Notes: generated by a model from the letters alone, not told the origin. A stretch of DNA of 17,851 nucleotides from a bacterium (GCA_049472335.1 JBLIRO010000091.1:1-17851), one strand, 5' to 3'. Counted from the stretch's first letter, positions 11,471 through 17,589 are shown. Made by a program: numbers and translations.

Positions 11471-12550
11471 ATGTCTTACACAGGTCTACAAAAACCTAAA
11501 AAAATTGAAGCTGATCCAAATACTTTGACTGACACCTATGGTGAATTTGTTGTGGAACCCTTTGAAAGAGGATTTGGAGTTACTATAGGTAATTCTTTAA
11601 GAAGAATCCTTTTATCGGGGCTTGAAGGAGCTGCCGTGACTTCAGTCAAGATTGACGGAGCTTTGCATGAATTTTCAACCATCACTGGCGTTGTGGAAGA
11701 TGTGACCGAGATAATTCTAAATGTTAAAAAACTACTTTTAAAACTGCACGGCGATGAACCACGAATCATCAGGATAGAAAAAGAGGGACCTTGCAGGATC
11801 AACGCCTCTGATATTGTATGTGAATCACATGTGGAGGTTCTCAATCCGGACAATCCTATAGCTGAATTAGACAAGGATGGAAAACTGAGTATGGAAATGG
11901 AAGTAAAAAAGGGGATCGGTTATATTCCGGCCCAATTGAATAAGTCAGAGGATAAGGAAATCGGTGTCATACCTATTGATTCTCTATTTTCTCCTATCCT
12001 AAAGACCAATTTCAGCGTAGAGCATACAAGGGTTGGACAGGCCACTGACTTTGAAAAACTAATCATTCAGATATGGACGGATGGCAGTATCAATCCCGGG
12101 GATGCCCTGGCCCATGCGGCAAGGATTCTTCAGGACTACTGTTCGATCTTTGTCAGTACCTCTGATGAGACTCCTGTTGATGAGCAAGAAGCACCCCAGC
12201 CCATGGAAGACGTACCTGTATTTAATGAAAACCTCAAAAAAACAATAGAAGAGCTTGATATTCCCCTGAGGGCTGCCAATTGCCTGAAAAATGCTGATAT
12301 CAGAACTGTGGCTGAGCTTGTTCAAAGGACTGAAGGGGAAATAATGCAAATCAAGAATTTTGGACGAAAATCCCTGAATTCTCTTAAAGGCATTCTGGCT
12401 GACATGGGGCTTCACCTTGGCTTGGATATAAAAAGCCTTCCCCCGGAAGCCCAAAAAATGATTGAGGAAAGAAATCAGATTGTGAGAGAATCAGATTATC
12501 TCCAATCTGAAGATGAAGAGGATTTATCGGAACCGGAAGTTGATAATTAA
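11471..12550 (+). CDS. rpoA: DNA-directed RNA polymerase subunit alpha
   Basis: EPFERGFGVTIGNSLRRILLS, HEFSTI.GVVED, alpha-CTD RAANCLKNA.I...KNFGRKSL; acidic C-terminal extension. Confidence 0.98.
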   Translation: MSYTGLQKPKKIEADPNTLTDTYGEFVVEPFERGFGVTIGNSLRRILLSGLEGAAVTSVKIDGALHEFSTITGVVEDVTEIILNVKKLLLKLHGDEPRIIRIEKEGPCRINASDIVCESHVEVLNPDNPIAELDKDGKLSMEMEVKKGIGYIPAQLNKSEDKEIGVIPIDSLFSPILKTNFSVEHTRVGQATDFEKLIIQIWTDGSINPGDALAHAARILQDYCSIFVSTSDETPVDEQEAPQPMEDVPVFNENLKKTIEELDIPLRAANCLKNADIRTVAELVQRTEGEIMQIKNFGRKSLNSLKGILADMGLHLGLDIKSLPPEAQKMIEERNQIVRESDYLQSEDEEDLSEPEVDN

Positions 12551-12634
12551 TATATAATATATAAGGCGATATTGAGAAGGCAACTCATACATTGACATAA
12601 TCCTAATCAGGAAAAGATCGAGGTTCTTTAAAAG

Positions 12635-13402
12635 ATGCGACACAAAGTAAACGGAAGAAAATTCGATAGAAATACCGGGGCGCGAAAGGCCCTGTTTCGA
12701 AATCTGATCACTCAGTTTTTCAAACATGACCGGATTGTGACAACAGAAGCAAAAGCCAAGGAAGTCAGAAGGCTTGCAGAAAAACTGATTACAAAAGCAA
12801 AACGGGAAGATCTACACGCAAGGCGGCAAGTGCTAAAAGTGGTTAATGACAAGGGAGCGGTAAAGAGACTTTTTGATGTTATTTTAGCCAAGGTTTCCAA
12901 TCGTAATACAGGGGGATATACCCGCATCATAAAAATAGGCAACCGCAAAGGCGATGATGCGCCTATGGCTTTATTGGAGATACTGGAGCCGGGATCAGGC
13001 CAGGCAAAGCCAAAAAAGGGATTGAAAAAAAAGGTGGCGGGCAAGGCCAAGGCTAAAAAGGAAAAGGCTAAAGAAAAAGAAAAGGCTAAAGGAAAACCTG
13101 TCATTCCCAAAAAGACTGTAACAGAGGAAAAAGAGCCCATCACTGAGGAATTGGAACCTGCATCGGAGATTGAAGAAAGCCCCACTGAAGAATCACCATC
13201 TGAGGAGGCATCTCAAGAGACAATTACAGAAACACCCGAAGCCAAGGAGCCTCAGGCGCCACCCGTTGAAAAAGAAGAAATAACGGATGATTCCCAATCC
13301 ACTGAAAAGACAGATTCCGATTCAGAAACCGAACCCGAACCCGAGCCCGAGCCCGAGCATGAAGCTGAGGAAAAGCCTGAAGAAAAAAAGGAAGATTCCT
13401 AA
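12635..13402 (+). CDS. rplQ: 50S ribosomal protein L17 with long low-complexity C-terminal extension
   Basis: First ~117 aa are canonical ([36 protein letters not shown]); followed by a Lys-rich then Glu/Pro/Ser/Thr-rich tail to 255 aa. Confidence 0.97.
   Translation: MRHKVNGRKFDRNTGARKALFRNLITQFFKHDRIVTTEAKAKEVRRLAEKLITKAKREDLHARRQVLKVVNDKGAVKRLFDVILAKVSNRNTGGYTRIIKIGNRKGDDAPMALLEILEPGSGQAKPKKGLKKKVAGKAKAKKEKAKEKEKAKGKPVIPKKTVTEEKEPITEELEPASEIEESPTEESPSEEASQETITETPEAKEPQAPPVEKEEITDDSQSTEKTDSDSETEPEPEPEPEHEAEEKPEEKKEDS
13325..13360 (+). repeat. Imperfect 6-bp tandem repeat encoding [12 protein letters not shown] in the L17 tail
   Basis: GAAACC GAACCC GAACCC GAGCCC GAGCCC GAGCAT. Confidence 0.85.
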
Positions 13403-13438
13403 AAAAATTCTAACCAATTTAACAAAACGGCCTTTTTG

Positions 13439-13480
13439 AGGGGATAAGATCTTGCGAAAGAAAATCTTATCCCCTTTTTT
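13439..13480 (+). terminator. Rho-independent terminator of the ribosomal superoperon
   Basis: Perfect 12-bp stem AGGGGATAAGAT (13439-13450) / ATCTTATCCCCT (13464-13475), inner CTT-GCGA-AAG, followed by a T tract; 36 nt after the rplQ stop. Confidence 0.88.
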
Positions 13481-13521
13481 AATCCTAACATATATAGAAA
13501 TATTGAAGCTCAGTTCAAAAC

Positions 13522-14385
13522 ATGTCTGAAGATATTCTTTATATTGAAGATCTTGGCCTGGATTTTAAGGTAAAAACAGAGACAAATGTTGTACTCGACA
13601 ACCTGAATCTCGTCCAGAAAAAGGGGGAATGGCTAGCCCTGATCGGACATAGCGGGGCAGGTAAAACAAGCTTAGGGATGATCATTAAAGGTCTTATCAA
13701 TCCCACCCGCGGTAGGATCAGGATGTATTCAGATTCCCCTGAAGAAGATCTCAGGGAAAGAAAAAGCAAAATCGGATTCCTTTTCTCAAATCCCAGGGAC
13801 CAGATCTGTTCTTTAACGGTTCAAGGAGATATCGCCTTTGGTCTCTTTCATCTGGGCCTGTCAAGAAAGGAAATAAAAAAAAGGACAGAAGAGGCTTTGG
13901 ATATACTGGGCATTAGTCATCTTGCCAATCGATCCACCCACAGCATTTCAGGCGGAGAACAACAAAAAGTAGCTCTCGCGGGTCTGATCGCCCTTAAGCC
14001 GGAATATATCATTTTGGATGAACCTGCCACCTTTCTGAGTCCGAATGAGAGGGATGAACTTTTACATATACTTAAAGACTTTCATAACTCCGGTATTAAC
14101 ATACTTTACATTTCTTCCGCCTGGGAGGAGATATTCATGGCCGATAAGGTAGCAGTTCTTCATAAAGGCAGCATCTACTGCATTGAATCACCCGACAGAC
14201 TTCTTCAGGATGAAGAGATCCTGAAGATTACCGGGCATTGCACCCCGGAGATATATAAATTGATCAAAGAACTAAAAAAACGTGGACTATCCCTGGCTGA
14301 GCATGAGCAAGATATCGATCAGGTGGTCAATAGCCTTATAAAGATATTCAAAGGTAAAAAAGGGAATGAAAACGATCTCATTTGA
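13522..14385 (+). CDS. ecfA1: ECF transporter ATP-binding protein EcfA1-like (partly degenerate motifs)
   Basis: Walker A GHSGAGKT, FSNPRDQ..TVQGDIAFG (compare FQNPDNQ..TVE.DVAFG), ISGGEQQKVALAG, IILDEP; position after rplQ matches the ecfA-ecfA' synteny. Confidence 0.82.
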   Translation: MSEDILYIEDLGLDFKVKTETNVVLDNLNLVQKKGEWLALIGHSGAGKTSLGMIIKGLINPTRGRIRMYSDSPEEDLRERKSKIGFLFSNPRDQICSLTVQGDIAFGLFHLGLSRKEIKKRTEEALDILGISHLANRSTHSISGGEQQKVALAGLIALKPEYIILDEPATFLSPNERDELLHILKDFHNSGINILYISSAWEEIFMADKVAVLHKGSIYCIESPDRLLQDEEILKITGHCTPEIYKLIKELKKRGLSLAEHEQDIDQVVNSLIKIFKGKKGNENDLI

Positions 14386-15217
14386 AAATGTATCCTTTAG
14401 TTATAATAGAGATACAAAATCAAAGGATCAATGTCTTCGAGACATTTCTTTCTCTATTAAAGATCAAAATGTTTTGGGCGTATTCGGACCGAGCGGGTCC
14501 GGAAAGACAACCCTGATTTTTCTCTTCTGCGGCCTTTTAAAGCCGGATCATGGAAGGATACTAATAGACGGGGAAAATCCCTGGGAACAAAAGGATGCCT
14601 GGGAAAAGCTTATGAGCAGGATGGGAGCGGCATTTCAGTTTCCTGAAGACATGTTTTTTCAGGAATCAGTTTCAGAGGAATTTATTGAAATATTGAAGAA
14701 AAAGGGTCACTCAACAGAAGATGCCGAACTTATGGCAATCAAGGCAATAGAATGGACAGGCCTGGATCCTGGTTCCATCTGGCACCGACATACCATGCGG
14801 CTTAGTTATGGTCAATTAAGGCTATTGAGTCTTGCCCTCCTTTGGGCACAGGACTGGGACTTTCTTATACTGGATGAGCCTACGGTAGGGCTGGATTGCC
14901 TGTTGAAAGAAAAAATACTAAAGGATCTTATATCCCGTTGCCATCAGCCGGGGAAATTGGGCATAATAACAAGTCATGACACCTCTACCCTGCTCCCTCT
15001 TGTTGATCATGCCATAATTCTTAATAAAGGGGAAATAGCCCTTTATGACTCGCGTGAAGGAATCCTCCGGAAATGGGAGAGCATTTCCTCTCTCAATCTT
15101 TCCATACCGGCATTGGCTGAGCTTTCAATCAAGTTAAAAAAAGCCGGCCTTCCCCTAAGTCAAATATGGCAGAATCAAAACCAGGCACTCAAGGATATCC
15201 TTGATATGATGCCCTAG
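14366..15217 (+). CDS. ecfA2: ECF transporter ATP-binding protein EcfA2-like
   Basis: ISFENVSFSY, Walker A GPSGSGKT, EcfA2-typical FQFPE..F.ESV..E, signature LSYGQ, ILDEPTVGLD, TSHD; overlaps ecfA1 by 20 nt. Confidence 0.82.
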   Translation: MKTISFENVSFSYNRDTKSKDQCLRDISFSIKDQNVLGVFGPSGSGKTTLIFLFCGLLKPDHGRILIDGENPWEQKDAWEKLMSRMGAAFQFPEDMFFQESVSEEFIEILKKKGHSTEDAELMAIKAIEWTGLDPGSIWHRHTMRLSYGQLRLLSLALLWAQDWDFLILDEPTVGLDCLLKEKILKDLISRCHQPGKLGIITSHDTSTLLPLVDHAIILNKGEIALYDSREGILRKWESISSLNLSIPALAELSIKLKKAGLPLSQIWQNQNQALKDILDMMP

Positions 15218-15274
15218 TTAAGTGCCTAAAAGTTATAAAAAAATCTCCTGAAACTTGATATTTATTTGTTTAAA

Positions 15275-15355
15275 CTAAAAACAACGTACCTGGTCCATAA
15301 GCTTAAGGCCGGAATTAGGGTGGAATTTTGGTTTATTTTTCCTTTGACTTTCCAT
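15275..15355 (-). pseudogene. intI: 5' stub of an integron integrase gene (26 codons, then stop)
   Basis: Minus-strand translation from ATG 15355: MESQRKNKPKFHPNSGLKLMDQVRCF*. KF.PN..LKLMDQVR matches the IntI N-terminus as I recall it (normally continuing ..LR..HY..RTE). It is divergent from the attI-like site and cassettes, exactly where intI is expected. Confidence 0.78.
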
Positions 15356-15372
15356 ATGCTTTCAGATATTAT
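15344..15372 (+). promoter_or_regulatory. Putative cassette promoter Pc (sigma70-type)
   Basis: TTGACT (15344-15349), 17 nt, TATTAT (15367-15372); each box is 5/6 to consensus; points toward the cassette array and overlaps the intI start. Confidence 0.7.
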
Positions 15373-15495
15373 CGCAATAAGCGGAAAAAAATGAGAAAAA
15401 TGTAATAAGTGGAAAGTAATCGGATGAATTTTCCGCATTTTGCAGTTAATATAAGAATAAGTGGAATTTTTGTCCATCTATATGGATTGATATGA

Positions 15496-15528
15496 CGGAC
15501 AACTTTCCGCTTATTTGCACTGTTGGCA
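15496..15528 (+). mobile_element. attI-like integron recombination site (crossover G/TT at 15522/15523)
   Basis: CGGACAACTTTCCGCTTATT-TGCACT-GTTGGCA. GTTGGCAT is the exact reverse complement of ATGCCAAC at the end of cassette 1. There is no attC-type long stem upstream, and the site is adjacent to the intI stub. Confidence 0.78.
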
Positions 15529-15544
15529 TGAAAGATAATAGAAT

Positions 15545-16216
15545 ATGCAAAAAGAAGAGGGAAAAAATAAATATAACGAAGAAACTATAAAAACAGCTTT
15601 GGATATTTTGCAGAGTGAATTTCTACAAGAAAAAGAAAGAAATAATAATTTTCAATCAAAAACAGAAACAATGCTCACTGTAACAGCTATTGTTTTTACG
15701 GCAACCACTTTTTTTCTGCAAATTATACTTGAGCATAAATGGTTAATTTGGTTAAACATTCCTCTTTTGATAATTTGTGGCATGTTGACTTTGATTTCTA
15801 TTCTGATTTTTATCAATGTATTAAGAACTCGACTATTTAAAAGAATTAATTATACTCCACTTGTTACTGTTGATGAATTACAAAAAGATAATGTCGAAGT
15901 TCAAAGTCGTTTAATTGCTACATATCGTGAAACTTTAGAAGAGAATAGAAAAATAGTTGACAAAAAAGCAAGGTCTTTTAACTATGGCGTATATATTTTA
16001 TATTTTATTTTGTTGTTGTTATTCATTAGTTTATCGAGCACTTTATTTAATTTGAAAAGGATAGATAAAATGCCAGAAGATAAAAATATCCAATCTCAGC
16101 AAAACATGTCAAATCAACAATCAAAGGAAAAACAAAACACATTGGAGCAAAAACTATTTAGCTCTGATACAGTAATAATTCAAAAACAGGCTGTTCCAGA
16201 TTCTGCTCAAAAGTAA
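15545..16216 (+). CDS. Hypothetical 3-TM membrane protein, loosely Pycsar-effector (PycTM/DUF5706)-like, with polar tail
   Basis: Hydrophobic segments at about aa 44-63, 67-94 and 148-168, each block preceded by a charged helix (ERNNNFQSKT; NRKIVDKKA). The family resemblance is by eye only. Confidence 0.6.
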   Translation: MQKEEGKNKYNEETIKTALDILQSEFLQEKERNNNFQSKTETMLTVTAIVFTATTFFLQIILEHKWLIWLNIPLLIICGMLTLISILIFINVLRTRLFKRINYTPLVTVDELQKDNVEVQSRLIATYRETLEENRKIVDKKARSFNYGVYILYFILLLLFISLSSTLFNLKRIDKMPEDKNIQSQQNMSNQQSKEKQNTLEQKLFSSDTVIIQKQAVPDSAQK

Positions 16217-16225
16217 AGATTGGAA

Positions 16226-16696
16226 ATGAAAATAAACGAGTTTGATTACATTAAAAATGAACTATCGCGTTTGAAAAAACTGCATGAGGATGGCAAATTG
16301 TCCGATTCAGAATTTAATCAACGTTGCAAAGAATTACTTGATATTAACTATGGTACAAAACCAGCCGAGGATTCATTTCTTAAATCATATGGCACAAAAT
16401 CTATTTGTAGCTCTCCCATTAGTTCAGTCAGTTCAGGCAGTTCAAATAGTGATGAAAGTAGTTGGATTATAGTTTTAGTTATAATTAGTGCAATTAGTGC
16501 AATTGCTATCCCATTATTATATTTTTATTTTAGAAACATAATAACGACACTGAAAATATTTGGTGTGATATTAACATTTTTTATTGTACCGTTAGCAGCA
16601 ATTTTGGGCTTACTAGGATTCTGGATATTTGGTTTTTGGGGAGCTTTAATTGGAACTGTTCTGGGGATCATTATTATTTTGATCATTAACAATTAA
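16226..16696 (+). CDS. Hypothetical membrane protein with N-terminal SHOCT-like domain
   Basis: ELSRLKKLHEDGKLSDSEFNQRCKELL fits the SHOCT pattern (L.KL..L.D.G.I...EF...K..LL); then a Ser-rich linker and about 3 hydrophobic helices. Start is ATG 16226 or TTG 16220. Confidence 0.7.
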   Translation: MKINEFDYIKNELSRLKKLHEDGKLSDSEFNQRCKELLDINYGTKPAEDSFLKSYGTKSICSSPISSVSSGSSNSDESSWIIVLVIISAISAIAIPLLYFYFRNIITTLKIFGVILTFFIVPLAAILGLLGFWIFGFWGALIGTVLGIIIILIINN

Positions 16697-16705
16697 TTTA
16701 AATAA

Positions 16706-16801
16706 TGCCAACAAGTCAATCCACCTGATTTCACTTAGCTGGCTGTGATTCGTGAAAGCCTTTGTAATTTGGGCGTGAAACAGGTGATTTCTACGTTATC
16801 T
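16706..16801 (+). mobile_element. attC site 1 (96 bp)
   Basis: R'' TGCCAAC, 5 nt, L'' AATCCACC, TG(A)TTTCAC ... GTGAAACA, L' GGTGATT, 5 nt, R' GTTATCT. The stem pairs except for an extra C in L'' and an extra A, the classic extrahelical bases. Confidence 0.93.
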
Positions 16802-16856
16802 TCCTTGAATTTGCAAAGGGGTAAAATAAAACCAAAATTTTTTAAATTTTTTATAG

Positions 16857-16885
16857 TTGCAATTATAGCCCACATGGGCTAATAT
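16857..16885 (+). promoter_or_regulatory. TA operon promoter with palindromic operator
   Basis: TTGCAA (16857-16862), 17 nt, TAATAT (16880-16885); palindrome TAGCCCA-CA-TGGGCTA (16866-16881) fills the spacer; RBS AGAGGA at 16892-16897. Confidence 0.72.
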
Positions 16886-16904
16886 AGTTAAAGAGGATTC
16901 AAAA

Positions 16905-17165
16905 ATGAGTAAAACAAGTACAGTAAGAGCAAGAATTGACCCAATGTTGAAAAAAGAAGTAGAGGATCTTTTTCATGAATTGGGAATATCTACAACAGAA
17001 GCAATTAATATATTCTATCATCAAGTAAAACTAAGACAGGGTTTACCATTCCCTATAATTATTCCGAATGAAACAACAAAAGAAGTATTTCAAGATACTG
17101 ATGAAGGTAAAAATATTATTTATTGTACAGATGTAGATGAAATGTTCAAAAAGCTAAAAATATAA
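16905..17165 (+). CDS. dinJ: Type II antitoxin, RelB/DinJ family
   Basis: Ribbon-helix-helix N-terminus MSKTSTVRARIDP.LK.E...LF.ELGIS.TEAI.IF, then GLPF...IPNETT; directly upstream of the toxin. Confidence 0.9.
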   Translation: MSKTSTVRARIDPMLKKEVEDLFHELGISTTEAINIFYHQVKLRQGLPFPIIIPNETTKEVFQDTDEGKNIIYCTDVDEMFKKLKI

Positions 17166-17434
17166 TGCTCAAACCTGCCTATACTATTCAATTCCAAAAA
17201 GATTTAAAAAGAATTAAAAAAAGAGGGAAAAAAATCGAAAAACTCAAGTCAATAATCATCCAACTTGTAAACCAAAAACCACTTGATGAACGATATAGAG
17301 ATCATAAAATTATTGGCACTTATAAGGGAAGGCGTGAATGTCATATAGAACCTGATTGGTTACTAATTTATAAAACAATGGAAAAAGAGATTATTTTTGA
17401 AAGAACAGGTTCTCATTCTGATCTTTTTAAATAA
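17165..17434 (+). CDS. yafQ: Type II toxin, YafQ family mRNA interferase
   Basis: QFQKDLKR..KRG, YRDH...G.YKG.RECHIEPDWLLIY, RTGSHSDLF; TAATG stop/start overlap with the antitoxin. Confidence 0.93.
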   Translation: MLKPAYTIQFQKDLKRIKKRGKKIEKLKSIIIQLVNQKPLDERYRDHKIIGTYKGRRECHIEPDWLLIYKTMEKEIIFERTGSHSDLFK

Positions 17435-17437
17435 ATA

Positions 17438-17534
17438 AGATAACAATTCACTAAAGGCGACCTCACTTAGCCTGCCGTGAAATGGACAGCCTTTTGGTAA
17501 ATGCGCGTGAGGCGCCTTAGCTCAATCGTTAGGC
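17438..17534 (+). mobile_element. attC site 2 (97 bp)
   Basis: R'' AGATAAC, 5 nt, L'' ACTAAAGG, CG(A)CCTCAC ... GTGAGGCG, L' CCTTAGC, 6 nt, R' GTTAGGC (perfect GTTRRRY); begins 3 nt after the yafQ stop. Confidence 0.93.
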
Positions 17535-17589
17535 CAAAAACAAAATATAAAATTGTTATTGTTAATTTAACCTTAATAGGGTAGATATA

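Larger units (their letters stand above)
15523..16795 (+). mobile_element. Integron gene cassette 1 (1273 bp, two ORFs)
   Basis: Bounded by core sites GTTGGCA (15522) and GTTATCT (16795); the first ATG lies 22 nt into the cassette and the last stop is 9 nt before the inverse core; AT-rich. Confidence 0.88.
16796..17528 (+). mobile_element. Integron gene cassette 2 (733 bp, toxin-antitoxin)
   Basis: Starts at G/TTATCTT; its inverse core AAGATAAC (17437-17444) is the exact reverse complement; ends at G/TTAGGC. Confidence 0.9.

Noticed and set aside
12551..12634. Internal promoter before rplQ (TATAAT at 12553, TTGACA at 12592)
   Set aside because: The boxes are in the wrong order, and neither has a correctly spaced partner.
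83..13769. Numerous antisense and alternate-frame ORFs in the track (e.g. 83-334, 7045-7452, 12059-12454, 12712-13185)
   Set aside because: All overlap highly conserved genes and lack recognisable motifs; they are shadow ORFs.
15218..15283. IS end or dif-like site at the ecfA2/intI junction
   Set aside because: Only short AT-rich palindromes (GTTTAAAC) are present, with no paired inverted repeats, target duplication, transposase or XerC/D arms.
15262..15477. 71-aa minus-strand ORF (MDKNSTYS...)
   Set aside because: It spans the Pc/attI regulatory repeats and has no recognisable motif. The meaningful reading is the intI-like stub in a different frame (15275-15355).
15430..15528. Possibility that the site before cassette 1 is an attC rather than attI
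   Set aside because: There is no suitably spaced RYYYAAC with a long inverted repeat. GGACAAC at 15497 is only 18 nt from the GTT, and the shared attC core is absent.
15545..16216. Calling a complete Pycsar/CBASS system
   Set aside because: No nucleotide cyclase or CD-NTase gene is in the window, and the effector resemblance is topological only.
16284..16472. 62-aa alternate-frame ORF in cassette 1
   Set aside because: Nested within the SHOCT-like gene, with no independent support.
16706..17534. CRISPR array or terminator interpretation of the repeated hairpins
   Set aside because: The units are ~96 bp, separated by whole genes, and have attC box structure. There are no spacer-sized intervals, cas genes or U tracts.
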